Shown piece by piece: positions 46,271-60,214 of a stretch of 64,000 nucleotides of DNA; positions within the stretch are counted from its first letter, which is position 1; the number at the start of each line of letters is the position of its first letter. The position numbers and the translations under genes were made by a program. Where the stretch lies: contig JASCQW010000133.1 in assembly GCA_030264375.1 (NCBI GenBank), positions 24,449,399-24,513,398 of the forward strand. Direction: 5' to 3'. The stretch is from Carcharhinus longimanus. Its lineage: Eukaryota. The notes under the pieces were generated by a model. The model had not been told where the DNA came from, did no database searches, and saw only the letters and a program-made list of their open reading frames with translations.

Positions 46271-47151
46271 CTGTATTTGGTGAGAAGCAAAGGGGAGAAA
46301 TGATACAAGAGTGTGGGGAACAGGACATTGCTTTATTAGGGGTACACTACTATTAACTTATGGGGAAAACCGGATTCATCCTTTGGTCTAGTTGTGGAAA
46401 ACATTTTTTATATTTTAAATCAATACCTGCATGATGATTTAAGAACCGAAAAAACACTTAGGACACTGGAAACATTGCAATTTAAAGGACCATCCAATTT
46501 TAAAGAGCTTTAGTAATGTTAAACATTCATTCACAATCNNNNNNNNNNNNNNNNNNNNNNNNNNNNNNNNNNNNNNNNNNNNNNNNNNNNNNNNNNNNNN
46601 NNNNNNNNNNNNNNNNNNNNNNNNNNNNNNNNNNNNNNCGTCCCTTCACTGACTGCATTAGTTTACTGGCTACATTAGTTTACCGCACCAAAGTTCAGTC
46701 TTCGCCTTTTACCTTGAAAATACTAAACTTTCCAACAACATGAAAGAAAAGTTATTTCAGTTTCAATTCACTGAAGGTTTGAAAAGATGACAATTACATA
46801 TGTATTATCTAGTCTAGACAAAACAAGTGGCATTTTAGGTTCAAGGCTGTGGAGTACAGACATCAAATCAAGTACACAAAAGTTGTGTAGTCAAACCAAT
46901 AGAAATTAGCATAGTGGAATGGCATACGGTTTAGAAAAACTATGTTGTAGCTTCATTCAGGAAATGCATGGGATACTTTTCAATAAACAATGTCATAATA
47001 TTAGCAAGTCAACTATACTGGTGTTTTTATAGTATATTTGGGACTGACTTACTTTTTAAATTAAGTTACTTTTAAATATGCTTCAGATAAATTATATTCT
47101 GATATTCTCCCTTACACTGAAAAAAGGAACACTTAGTATAAATACTATACT

Positions 47152-47157
47152 TTTATT
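47152..47157 (-). promoter_or_regulatory. Candidate PPTC7 polyadenylation signal
   Basis: AATAAA on -, preceded by TGTA motifs and followed by a T/GT-rich tract. It would give a 3' UTR of about 2.6 kb. Confidence 0.45.
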
Positions 47158-49705
47158 AAATACATTTGCACAGCCTTTCAACATATGTACATAACTATTC
47201 CTGCATTTATATATACGTAACAGTTAAAGCATATGCTAGCTACAGTTACACAGGTAATTAAAACATCCCCTTTCATTGAGAGGGAGTGTACCCTTTTCTT
47301 GCCAAGTTATTACTTCTACATACATATACACACCAATTCTTCTATGCTTTCTTCATGACAAACTTGATGAAGGACACAAGATGTGAAATCTGTTTTCCTG
47401 CAATTGTGACAATAATTGAAAAAGATAGCCTGCTTTAAAGAATATTGTCAAAAGCCTGCTACCAAGACTGTCCAATTATATTTACTTGTGCGCAAGGAGC
47501 ATTCGTTATTGTTTGAAGACTTGGCTCCAGTAGAGCAAATCTCCTACATTAATAATAGTGCATTGTAAAACAGAGTCTGAAATTAAAACACTAGCTCAAA
47601 GCAGATTTTTAAAAAATGTTTCAGTACAGTATTGCTTAAACACAGTATAGGTTCTTTGTTTGGGAGGGGGTGGGAAGAGGGGAGAAATGCATTCTGGTCT
47701 TTGGTGTGCACGCAGAACCAATAAGAAGGGTATGATGATATTTCTGATAAGAATACAATCGTGCTTTGATTTTGTTTTGCAATCCAACATTCAAGTGTGG
47801 CAAGCAGTTTATTTGAACTTTGCACTTAAAAAGTCTTGGTACTTGGATCTATTCTTAGAAAAATACCCTCAAAAAAAAACAGGAATTAAAGCTCTAGGTC
47901 GACAAAACATCTGGTGAATTCTCTACAATCCCCCCCCACTTCCCTTTGGGTTTTGTTTTAGTGAAATGTAAGGCCTCATGATGCCAAAGCCACTTTAACT
48001 TCCTACCAAGAAAGTGGTCAATGTGCATAATCAATCAAGTATAATTAACCTAGACACATTGACTTTAAAGCCTAAAATAAGCTACTTTCATTTTTGCATC
48101 AGGTTGGGTTGATCTGTACAAAAATAATGTTTGGAACTTCCCTAATGGTTGAAGAAGATTCAGTGCACACAGCCAACTCTTGTAACTCCACAAGTTCAAA
48201 TCAGAAAAAAGGAAGACCACCACTGAACTGTTTTGCAGCTTGTGTGAAAACTAAAAGGTATTTTGCATATCAAGTTTTTAAAAAGGAAGAAATTTTCTTT
48301 GGAAAACAATTGCAATACATCCCACATTTCAATGCAGTGTTTATAAAACAAATTGCACAAATAAAGTTTATTTTCCAATCTGGGAAAATGCATTTTTATA
48401 TTTCAGTATTGTTAGAATCATGGGCAAAAATTTAGCATAAAATCAACATCTCTTGAAGTTCATTGCCACCCTATCCTCTTATCCTCAATTTTCTCTCTTA
48501 AAATACACCTTCAAATGTCTGACAAGTACTTGTTTATCTGACCCAATATCTCATGTGGCTTGGTTTCATTTTGAAAGTTTTATTCCAGCATCTTGGGGCT
48601 TTTATGCTAATTGAGTTATCAAACTTGCAAATTGACAAAAAAGTTTGCTGAATAATTAAACATTAATGGTATAATGAATAGGCAAAAAAACTTGTGCATC
48701 TGTATTCTGTTCATCAAAATACTGAATTTAGAAAAAAGCAATTCTGTTCCAAAGCATTCAGACGACAAAATTGAAAACAAAATACAATTCTGATCCAATT
48801 TCTAAACATAAATGCAAACAATTTGTGCAAAACCAGTAATAGAGTACAAATTATTCTGGTTTGTGTGACGAATAAAATATAAAATGAAATGCCTGTTACA
48901 AGCATGTCTATTTAAAATGACATGTACATGGTACATGTAAATGATTTAAATTAAGTCATACTATATACAGTACAGTTGCAATGAAAAACATGACTGTACT
49001 GAAAAATATTAAAATTACACTGAACACATTTTTCTCAAAAGTTACCTGATTTATCATGTATAAAGTTAAAACATGGCTTTAATTCATGGGTTGCACATTA
49101 AAACATTTGATAGTCGTCAATTGTTCTCTATCCAAAACTATTCAGAGCAGCTAAGCTAGTCCATTCAAAATAGTTTTGTGCCCTTCGGCTGCCAGGAAAA
49201 TTAATCAGTTAACTATTAGAGGCAACAGATTAAATCAAACCCAAATAGTTCCTCAGAGGACTGCACTTTATCAGCAGAGATTCACAATATTTGCACATTT
49301 CTTATCAGAAAGGAATACAGATTTTAAAGCAGTAGTGCTGGTGCCCATCTGTGCATGTGGCACCTAATTTCATAATGAGCAAGCAGTTATTCAACCACCA
49401 CCATATATAGGCATGGCACCAATATTCAGTCTGTAACAGACTAACATTCCTTCTGAATTACCAATCTGTTGAAGTTGTACTGGAAGGGTTTTTGTATTTT
49501 TTCCTGTGATAAAGGATATTTATAAAATCTTGCTGGCAGAAATAGACAAAGTGTTTTTTAAGCATTAAATAGCCATAGGAACTACAGAAGAATTGTGCCG
49601 TGGGAATGACTAGCCTTCGAGAAGTTGTAGTCGGGAAAATAAGGTCCTGCCAGCAGGAAACTGGAATAGGATATTTAGGTTGAAGTGTCTATGCCCTTAA
49701 AATAG

Positions 49706-49764
49706 TTAGTCTGTGTATTCTGCTACTATCGACAGTAGAACAGTGATGTCATCTGGTTTACCCC
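49706..49764 (-). CDS. PPTC7: PPTC7 last coding exon (6)
   Basis: ttccag|, 59 nt. Encodes (G)GKPDDITVLLSIVAEYTD*. Confidence 0.98.
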
Positions 49765-50419
49765 CTGGAATATAAAAGAAAAGGTAATTTGCAACATGTT
49801 TTCGTATAAACATGCTTTTATCTACATCAGTTAAATATATTTGTATCCTTTAAAGTACAGACTACGATCTCTTCTGATTTTTACTCCTCTCCAATATACA
49901 TAGTGGCCCCCGACCAAAACCACAAAGGATCACAGGAAAACCAAGGTGAAAAATTGTAATGCATCATGGGACAATACATTAAACATCTGTAAACAAGCTC
50001 TTTACATTTTTTTTCAGGTTCCCTATTTGCACAATTATTCTTCTTCAGCCAGAACCAAGTGAATACAAGAGCTGTAAACTTAGGTCATTTTAGTGTCTGA
50101 TATCAAATTTCATTCACCGCACCCCCTAAAAAATAAAAAAGTTTCATTTAACATCAGCAGTTCAGCAAATCAGTTAAAATTAGTCAAAGATGCAGAAATT
50201 TATTTCTTTAACTGAATATTCAGTTATGGCAAAATAGTGCAGAGTCCTGTTTTGCCCAGTAGATGATATATCTACCAGCTAACTGCAAAGTTTTAACGAA
50301 ATAGTTTATGCTTAATACTGCTGTTTATTACAAGGTCCTCAGCATGAAAAATTCCTTACCTTGGAGCATAAATTAAAGTTTTCTACACAAGAATACGCAT
50401 AGCAATACAGTGATCTTAC

Positions 50420-50549
50420 CTCGTACATTCAGTCCATTATCACAAGCAAATTGTGCAAATGGTGACATATAGTTTGGATCATATGCTAGTTCATGAGCCT
50501 GTTCTGCAATGCTCCTTGCTGTTTGTTGAATACTCTCATAATTGGTTTT
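50420..50549 (-). CDS. PPTC7: PPTC7 coding exon 5
   Basis: tttcag|...|gtaaga, 130 nt. Encodes [43 protein letters not shown]. Confidence 0.98.
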
Positions 50550-51023
50550 CTGAAAACACAATTAGATTTAGATTCACTTCACCCAATATATCCTTTGGAG
50601 ATTTAAATAGCATGTCTAAAGTGTATTGAGGCATTTTTCTACAAAGTAAAATAAAATACATTCATATAGCAACTTTCAGGAGGTGAAATAAATAGCAAAT
50701 TGAACAAAATGATGCCCAACATATAGAATTTATGTTGTGCATGAATAGTATTTACTTCCATGGATTTTCTGAAACCCAGAGAATTAATTGCATTTTGTAG
50801 AAATCCACAGTGCCTGTGGAACAATACTACAAATATCAGATTTCACTTGATGTCTAGTGGCTTGGTAGAAAAATTACATTTTATTGCATTACTGTCTTGC
50901 AAAATAGCCAATTCTACTATGGAATAGCAGTTTACTCAGGGGCGGTTTTTTTTAAGGCGCACAGTGAATTATGTTACTTTGCACTAATTGTGAACTTTTA
51001 CAGCAGGATAAATTTAAAAATAC

Positions 51024-51147
51024 CTTTAGTTTCTTTAACTCCTGTAAGATCATATAGTCAGGCATGTTATCAAATAAACCATCAGTTGCTGTCAAGATGA
51101 TATCTCCCAGTTGGACATCAATGGAAGTACTGTCAGCAGCATCAGGG
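51024..51147 (-). CDS. PPTC7: PPTC7 coding exon 4
   Basis: cacag|...|gtattt, 124 nt. Encodes (S)[41 protein letters not shown]. Confidence 0.98.
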
Positions 51148-53734
51148 CTGTGAAGACATTTTATTAGGTAAGAGTTTTTATGTCAGATTCTCAAGAATAA
51201 AAGTCCATACAACTAAGCTCTATTTCAACTATTGCTGGAATCCAAGCAAAACAATTTTACAACCATTCAAATTTCCACTGCCAGTTATTTATATAGTGTA
51301 TGGAAATTTTGAAATTAATGATTTACAGGAATTTTTCAAACTGAAGACAAGAAAATGATTTGCATAACTTTCCTGGTAATAACACACGAGCACAAGTCCC
51401 AGGAGATCATGAAGTTATAAGTTCCCTATGGAATCTATGGATGTAGGGAGTCACCACCTTTATTGTTTGTCATGCAGGGTCTGCCAAGTGTGGGCACAGC
51501 TTCATCTATGTATCTTTGCAACATAGTCTGCATCACCTGCTTGTCTCCTTGCACTCAGTTACAAGGTATTTGTAAGTAAACATCCATTTGGGAAGTGGAA
51601 AATTGAGGCTGACAAGTAATGTTACGGATCCGGCGGGGGCCATCTTATAAGCCAATTGTAAAGATGATGTTTGGCACTGAAGAAAATGGGAGTGTTTTGT
51701 TTTTAAACTGGGTCAACGTATACACCTTGATCTATGGCAAATCAGAAACATGTTCAGAACTGAATACCAAAACTGATGGACAAATTGTGGATCAATGACT
51801 GAAAGATTAATTGAAGAAACAACTAGATATTGTAATAAGATTTTACAGTTTGCATTTGGGAAAAGGGATAAAATACCCTAAATTTAACTTGTGAAAAGTT
51901 CTAACATCTCAAATCTGATCAAAGCAATTATTGCTGCTTAACCACATTGCTTACTAATGCTTAAATCTTTGGAATTTGTTTCCTCTCATGAATACTTAAC
52001 TGAAATAATACAAATATTTAAGTAATTCATATCAGAAAAGGCAGTCAATTGGTCACAGGAACAGTGGATTTTAATACTTTAGAAAAAACTAATTCAATTT
52101 TATTTTTCCAAAAGTATAAAAATTTAGTTTTATGCAAATTAAACTACAATCAATAATCCACTACTATTTGGCACATTTTGCCCATTTCTGCTTTCTAATG
52201 AATAGTGCCATATGGAGACTCTCCAGTGTCACTCAGATTCTCTGAAGTTACATACCAGGAACAGTGCCAGATACAGTTTCACTTTCCCTGGCAGTACTGT
52301 GCACACTGTTGGAAAATGTCAGCAGAGTGGAATGTGAACTGAGGATCACATGCTCTCATTTCTGAACACCATAAATTTTCTGGAGAAGTCAGAAATTAAC
52401 TAAAGAATGCTAAGCAATGCTAATCTTTTCCTTGTTCACTTGAGAATTGCACTAAGGCATAAGAGTAACAATCCTTTATGCAATAAGCTAACACAATTGT
52501 TTGATTGAGATCTAAGGTAATGCAAAAGTAGGCAAGAGTCCAGTCCTTCAAAAAGGAACTGTGGATTCTTTCCTACTGTTTATTCTCCTTCAATAAAATG
52601 TATGATAACAGTAAAGAGATTTTTCTTAAGCTCCTGAAGATAAATCTTGCATCTTCAAAATTTTCCCTCCTATACTTCATCTAGTGTACCTTGAGTGTTA
52701 GACCTACAAACTACTCTCAATTATCTCTACTCAAATTGATAGTACAATAGATCTAAATACCAAGATGTAGTGTCATCCTTAGCTAACAGAACAACTCCAC
52801 CATCTTTTCCTAGCTTGCTGTCCTTCCAAAGCAAAGACTGCTGTTTCTATCTCAGAGAAAGCATTACATCCTCATGTAATGTGCCTCATGGCACAAAAAG
52901 TGAGATGCAACCTTGTTCACAAAAAAGGTGTGGTAAAAAACCTACAATAACAAACCTGCAATTGATGCACTGTTTGCCTTAGCAGCAAATTTCCCTAAAC
53001 AGTTGCGATTAAGCAGCTTGCATTATTTATAAAAGACACTGCAAAACTAATCTAACTTTTGAAACAACTATTGCACTGCTTGTGGGGTATATGCTGGATT
53101 GTTATAACTATTATATCTTGCAGAAAGTTTGTAACAACCCCTTTCATACACATGTTGAATAAATTGTGACAAATTGCTAAAATGACTAACTTGGGGCCAA
53201 ATAGCTAAGTGGTTTTATATGTTTATCTAATAGCATCTGGTTACCTTCTATTTCAATGCCCAATCTTGATGCTAAAGTCAAGGGCAGGAAAAGAGACTTG
53301 AGGTAGAGGATCAGCTATGATCTTGTTGAATGTCTGAGTAGAATTAAGGGGCCATTTGACCACATGGAAATATTTTTTGTGGCCAGCATACAGGATGTGT
53401 CCCTGGGATACGGACTGGGTCCAAGATAATATCCAACTCAACCTGCTTGTCTGCAATTCCCCATGGCCCAGTACTCTTCCAACAGTCGGTATGTAGGTTA
53501 ATACAAAAAGGTTGACTCAGGTATCACACCCGATAAAAGCTAATGTGACAATAACGCAGTAGGTTTGACACCTTGAGGAATGGGACTAATTATCAGTAAG
53601 AAATTTGAAAACGTGATCTTACTTTACAAATCTCAATTTCTTGAATTAAACGTCATTATTTATACTCTTGCACAATATAGCACTTGATGATATTCATGAT
53701 TTACATACATCTTAAAGAAAGGCTAGTACTTTAC

Positions 53735-53933
53735 CTGTCACTCAGGACAACACCTTCTGCTTCAGGTGGTGCTATTGACAGTTGGAAGGGAGTGTTAAAG
53801 TAATGCTGTTGTTCATCTGACCGGTGAACCACTTCGCCACCTCGAACCACCAGAAATCCAGAGTCTCCTAGGTTTGCTGTGTGTAATTGATGACTACTAC
53901 GGTCCAGAACAACTAAACAAGCAGTACTACTCC
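53735..53933 (-). CDS. PPTC7: PPTC7 coding exon 3
   Basis: ttgcag|...|gtaaag, 199 nt. Encodes (G)[65 protein letters not shown]. Confidence 0.98.
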
Positions 53934-55608
53934 CTGCAAGAAAATCATGAGATAATTAGAGTGTGCATGTGCCCAGAGAAACAGTCAGCAGTTCAATTTA
54001 AGAACAAAGTTTCAGCTCAGATAAAAGTGCAGGCCCCATTACCATTAAGCAGAGAAAATGCTAACGCTCATTTATTGCATTGAATGTGGTTCAGAGCTTG
54101 AGTTCAGTTGGGAGACATATTCTGCAGAGGGGGGCTGGAAGATTCGCCTAGCTTGAAGCTAATCTTTAAAAACATGCCTATAGTCCACTTGTACCATAAC
54201 AAAAAGTTCTTTGAAGAGTATCTTTGCACTCATTTGCAATTATTCAATCAGTAGAGAACTGTCATGTTCGTTATTTCAATTTGAGGGTGTGGCAATTTGA
54301 GGACAGGGCCTATTTCCAGCACAATCTTTAAACCAACGGTTCAAGATCATGGAAACCGTTTAATGTAACTTGTGCTCAAAATCCCGTAATCTTTAGCATT
54401 GATTTGGTCAATTTCAGGAGAATGGTCAAACCAGCACAAACTAACAGCTCAATCTCACTCAACATAAATGACGACGATTTGTCTTCTTTGGCTTCAGGTT
54501 TGAATGGATTTAAAGGAATTTACTGCTATTCAGGAACATTGAATTCTTGTGTTGAGGATTTTCTATCCCTGGCCATAGGCAAGACAATATTGGTAGATGG
54601 ATATATTTAAAGGACAGTTGGAGTACTTTCTGCATATTTGAAAGCATATTGGAGTGCAGGGGAAAAAAAAACAAAATAGAGCACAATTGGACAAAAAGAA
54701 TCCCTTCATGCAAAGAATAAGAACATGACAACTAATCAACATTTAAGAGGGAATCAAGAAAGAGTAGGGGAAGTAACTAGAAGACTACAATAGATAGCTC
54801 TGAAGAATGAAGCTTGATAGGCTAAAGGTGGAGTTTATGGAAAAATCAAGAGCTGTTTCAATAAGCAACAATAAAATTGGCTATAAGGAGCTGAAAGCAA
54901 GATGCACTGCCTCTGAACAGTGTAACAGTGTGATTCTATAATTGCATGGACATAGAACAGAAGACTAAGCACTGAAAGCAAGCAATTTAAATTAGTTTAT
55001 GAATGTAGAAAATCAACTGGCTAACCAGTTGTAACTTATTCCAGAGCTTAAACAAGTGAATAAATGGAGCAGCAGGCTTGAGTTAATACTTTCCTTCCAA
55101 TAAAACAATGGGAGGCCTTATACACATGCAAACACCGTTTGGGCCAAGATGCACTTTTTGGCAATCATAAGCACATAAGGATGTGTTAAAAGAAAGATTG
55201 TGACAACAAGTTGAGTAATGTAATTGGTCAGAGTAACTGGCACCGAACGTTTGCAAAATAATGCAAAAGAATAAAGATTTTATTAACCACAGTACAGTCA
55301 ACTGCCACTATTGGCAGGAGTTGTATTTCCATGAACTCTGGCAAAATTTAAAATATCTAACGGCAAACTTGCATATATGCGGAGTCAGCACACGCTTAGT
55401 GTGTGCTGTCTACATGGGGAAAGTAAATTATGGAGGAACAAAGTTTTTGGGCCACAAGCTGCCATGTGTACAACAACATTTGGGTAAACAAATTTGTGAT
55501 AGAGTGTCATGAACAGAGGCAACTTTATATACAGAAGTTAAAAAGCAGTAAAACAAGCAAAAATGAAAATCAGCAGAAAAACATATCGAATCAATATTGA
55601 GAACTTAC

Positions 55609-55788
55609 CTAACAATGGGACTTTGTTCTGTAGCAATTCACAATAGCTTGCAGTAAGGATTCCGACAGGGTTGGTTGGTACAAAGCGGCCTTCCCGTACC
55701 AGACGCTCACAAGTTCGCATCAGGGTCCCTGAGAATTGGGAAGGATCAACTCCATAATCTCTCCAACCTCCAACCCCATCTGCCACTC
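55609..55788 (-). CDS. PPTC7: PPTC7 coding exon 2 (mitochondrial PP2C-family phosphatase)
   Basis: ctcag|...|gtaagt, 180 nt. Encodes (G)[59 protein letters not shown]. Confidence 0.98.
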
Positions 55789-56169
55789 CTGAGAGAAAAG
55801 CAATTTATATAAAGACTCAAAATTAATTTGAGTCTACATACAAAATAAAATGTTGGAAAGCTGAAACTACTCAGCAAGTCTGATACCATCTGTGCAAAGA
55901 ACAGGGAAGTTAAATAGTGTGGGGGCCCATTGCTGAAATTGGGTGTTTTCAGCATTTACTGTTTGTTTCTCAAATTTCTCATGGGAGATGTTTTGAATTG
56001 TAACTTGACACCAGAATATTTTATTTCATTTTGAAAATAGAAGTAAAAGTTGCTGAGTAGCCAGAGGTGTAGCTAGTTACACTTCTGTAGCCACATACAC
56101 TAATTTTAGTAAATATATTTAACATGTTTTACCAAATACTTTTAATCATCTCAACAAATTTTGGATTTC

Positions 56170-57400
56170 TGGTGCAAATGTATCAAATACAACACGTCTT
56201 ATTACAGCTTCAAGTGATACTTTGATTTTATCGACAACTACTGAGAATGTAAACTCAAACAGCCAAGTTGAGTCTAACACGAAACAATGTGGTCCACAAT
56301 TTTAAAAGCTGGATCACCTCCAGTTAAGCATTTTACAATATTTTCAACAGTCTTGGTGTAGATATTTTGCAGCGTAAACAGATCCATCTCCAGTCCACTT
56401 GTGTATTGAAATCATTTCCACTATTCAGTTTTGAGCCAAAACACAGGTGTTCTATGAACTAAAAGGCCAGACTGAAACCAGAAAATCTTAAATTTGTCAA
56501 GTGTACTTTTAAGCCAAGCAACATAATCACTTTCAAAGTCAAGCTCACTAGCACATGACTACAAATTTGCCCCTCATTTAGCAAACAGATCAAGTTTGAT
56601 CTAAAGCTCACTGTTACTCTCAAACCATAATTTCCTTTCCTGTTACATTTTCAGGTATTAAGTTGTGAAAGAGCAAATAACACTTTCTATCATTTAATTT
56701 GTGAAAGTTGTCAAGTTGACTTTTGCCAAGAGAATTTTTAGTTGTTTGCAGCAGTTTGACAAACTGTTCCAGCACGTGGTTGGATTCAGCTAGATCATAT
56801 TTGTGACGTACACAATTTTTGAATAATGGACACCAGTCTCTTTCAACAAACTGGCAAAGGTTTACTGCATAGGATATGGTAAAAAAAAACGTCTGCAACA
56901 GTTTTCATACAAATCGTCAACTGCCATCAAGCATATAGTTCTTGAATTATTCAATGAAACACCGCTATATGCTTCCAATCTTTTTTCAGCAATATGACAA
57001 ACCAGAGTTCTGGCCAATTATAGACAATTGTTGTGGTGAGCGAGAACAAATAATTCAGGATTTCCTCAAATCTTCAATGTTTTGCAGTACAAAAAGCTCT
57101 GAACCTCGTGCAGTGTTTCAGTCCCATACACACCAACAATTTTTGGAATTCCAAGTCTTGCTTAAAAAAAATTGTACATTGAATACTATCCAGTCAGTGT
57201 CACAAGTGTCTCAGGATCCATTCAGTACAAGTGTAAACGCAAGAGACTCTTTCAGCTCAGCTTTCAGAGATTTGATGCTGGCAGACAGATCCAGTAAACA
57301 AGAAACAGATAACTCTGCTTCAACTCTCAAATTTAAGTAGTTTGATTTTTGGTTCAGTTTTCCAAGCAAGTGCCAGGAGTCAATTTATTTTACTACCATC
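56170..57400 (-). mobile_element. Fossil hAT (Charlie/SPIN/GTF2IRD2-like) transposase in PPTC7 intron 1
   Basis: Minus-strand remnants occur in the expected order: AFTLVLNGS*DTCDT (cf. FSLALDESTD), TARGSELF, IGQNSGL, FH*IIQE (cf. HCIIHQE), VLEQFVKL, LEMDLFTLQN and STWLFEFTFS. There are many stops and frameshifts. Confidence 0.6.
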
Positions 57401-57589
57401 AGAAGATGGTTTATTTTTCCCATGGAATACAACTTTCAAAAACATTAGAAACTATTTCAGAACAAACGTTCTGAGATTTAATTTCAGTCTCAAAATTTCA
57501 TGCATTCTTTGCTGAAACCAAAATGGAAATTTTCTGTTAAATTCAAATATTTAAGAATGCTTCTAAGTTATTCACCTGGGAATAAGGGG

Positions 57590-59392
57590 AGAGAAGATGA
57601 AATACAAGTTCAAGCTAGCAATAAGAGATAGGAAGAGTCTTTTCAATATGTGAAAGCAAGAGGCAAAAATGGCCATTGGACCACTGAAAAATGCTGGAGA
57701 AGTAATAATAGAAAACAAAGCAGTGGGAGAGGAATTGAATAGTTACTTTGCATCAGTCTTCACAGTGGAAGATACCAATGGTATGCCAGAGCTCCAAGAG
57801 AGTCAGGGGGCGATCATTAAGGGAGAAGGTTCTGGGGAAACAAAGGTCTAAAAGTGGACAAATCACCTGGACCGGATGGACTACACCCCAAGGTTCTAAA
57901 AGAGACAGCTTAGGAAATTGTGAAGGCATTGGTGGTGATCTTTCAGGAATCACTGGAGGCAGGGAGGTCCCAGAGGACTGGAAAGCAGTGAATGTAGCTC
58001 AGCTGTTTAAGAACAGAGGGAGGCAGCAGGCCAGTTCGCCTGACTTCGGTCATTAACAAGATTTGAGAGTCCATTATTAAAGATGAGATCGCAGAGTACT
58101 TGGAAGTGCATGATAAAATAGGACTTAGTTAGCAGGGCTTTGTCAAGGGGAGGTCATGTCTGACAAATCTATTAGAGTTCTTTGAGGAGGTAACAAGGAG
58201 GTTAAAGGAGAACCAATGGACATGATTTATTTAGATTTGCAGAAGGCCTTTGACAAGGTTAAAGTAGGTGACTGTTAAATAAGTTGAGTGCCCATGGTAT
58301 TAAGGGTAACATCCTGGCATAGATAGAAAATTGCCTTCTGTCAGTCAGCTAGAGAGTGGAGATAAAGGGGGCTCTCAGGATGGCAGATAGTGACTAATGA
58401 TGAACCTCAGGGGTCAGTGCTGGACCACAACTTTTCACAATACACATTCACAATTTTGAAGAAAGAACTGAAGGCNNNNNNNNNNNNNNNNNNNNNNNNN
58501 NNNNNNNNNNNNNNNNNNNNNNNNNNNNNNNNNNNNNNNNNNNNNNNNNNNNNNNNNNNNNNNNNNNNNNNNNNNNNNNNNNNNNNNNNNNNNNNNNNNN
58601 NNNNNNNNNNNNNNNNNNNNNNNNNNNNNNNNNNNNNNNNNNNNNNNNNNNNNNNNNNNNNNNNNNNNNNNNNNNNNNNNNNNNNNNNNNNNNNNNNNNN
58701 NNNNNNNNNNNNNNNNNNNNNNNNNNNNNNNNNNNNNNNNNNNNNNNNNNNNNNNNNNNNNNNNNNNNNNNNNNNNNNNNNNNNNNNNNNNNNNNNNNNN
58801 NNNNNNNNNNNNNNNNNNNNNNNNNNNNNNNNNNNNNNNNNNNNNNNNNNNNNNNNNNNNNNNNNNNNNNNNNNNNNNNNNNNNNNNNNNNNNNNNNNNN
58901 NNNNNNNNNNNNNNNNNNNNNNNNNNNNNNNNNNNNNNNNNNNNNNNNNNNNNNNNNNNNNNNNNNNNNNNNNNNNNNNNNNNNNNNNNNNNNNNNNNNN
59001 NNNAAGATGTTCTTTAACTGATATCCAGGAGTAGTTACAAGATATTGCATGGCCTGGATAGAGTGGGCATGAAGATGATGTTTCCACTAGTAGGAAAAAC
59101 TAGAATCAGAGGCCTAAATCTCAGGCTAAAGGACAATTCTTTAAAACAGATGGAGGTGGTATTTCTTCAGCCAGCGAGTGCTGAATCTGGAAATCTTTGC
59201 CACAGAAGTTTGTGGAGACCAGGTCATTGAGTGTCTTTAAGACAGATAGATAGGTTCTTGATTATTAAGGAGATCAGGGGTTATGGGGAAAAGGCAAGAG
59301 AATGGGGATGAGAGAAAAAAAAACAGCCATGATTGAATGGTGGAACACATTTGATGGGCCAAGTAGCTTAATTCTGCTGCTACGTGTTATGG
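57590..59392 (+). mobile_element. CR1 LINE, 5'-truncated (gap at 58476-59003)
   Basis: ELNSYFASVFT, SPGPDGLHPKVLKE, GRSCLTNLLEFFEEVT, YLDLQKAFDKV, PQGSVL and a 3' tail. Confidence 0.92.
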
Positions 59393-60214
59393 ATTCTCAA
59401 ATGGTTGTTTCCCACACCTCAAAACCAGAATTGTTTAACTGTCCAATTGCAAAATCACTTCCAATAGTAGACAGTTTGTCTTGGGTTTTGCAAGCATGGG
59501 CTGGTTAAGTACAGGCTATACTCTGCCTATTATGAACAATTGAAGGAACATGCTGTTTGACTTGATTAGCCAAGGATGTATGGCCTACATACCTAGAACC
59601 ACATTAGCACTGAAATTCATTCACAATGTTGCTCAATTGTGCAGTCAGCAAAATGTATTTTTGAACTCATGGCAGCATTTCTACTATTGGGAAATATCAC
59701 TAGTGTAGCATTGTAGCAGCATGCAACAGCTCCTTTACCTGTTCAATATTTTTTCTACAGATTATCTTTTCAGAGGAATTTGAGGTAGATGAGGCACTTT
59801 GTAGGTCCTAATGTCCGTGATTGTTCAACAAGTCCTGAAATGAAATGCTAAGTGTGCTAATAGGAACACTAAGAACCAATTTAAGATCAGTAGTCCAGTT
59901 CATAAGGTGATTCATTTATGCTTGCTGGAAGTTATATACTCATATGCAGGGACCAGCATTCAAGACTCATCTGTTTTAAACCACCTGGGAACTATAGAAT
60001 TCCCAAGTTCCATGTTGCTTTCTGCATGGCAATACTTCAGTCAGAGTTGACTTACCAATCATTGCGCACCCTAATATCAAAGTACAAATTGTTACAATAG
60101 TTTGAAATTTGATATTCCTCCATTTACCCTCATGGATGAAAAGCAAAAAACTTCGGCCACGTCTCTCTTTTTTAGCAATATTCAAACCACTGTTTTCTTT
60201 ACCCATATTAATGA

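Noticed and set aside
56942-57340. 132-aa plus-strand ORF
   Set aside because: It is the antisense shadow of the fossil hAT transposase.
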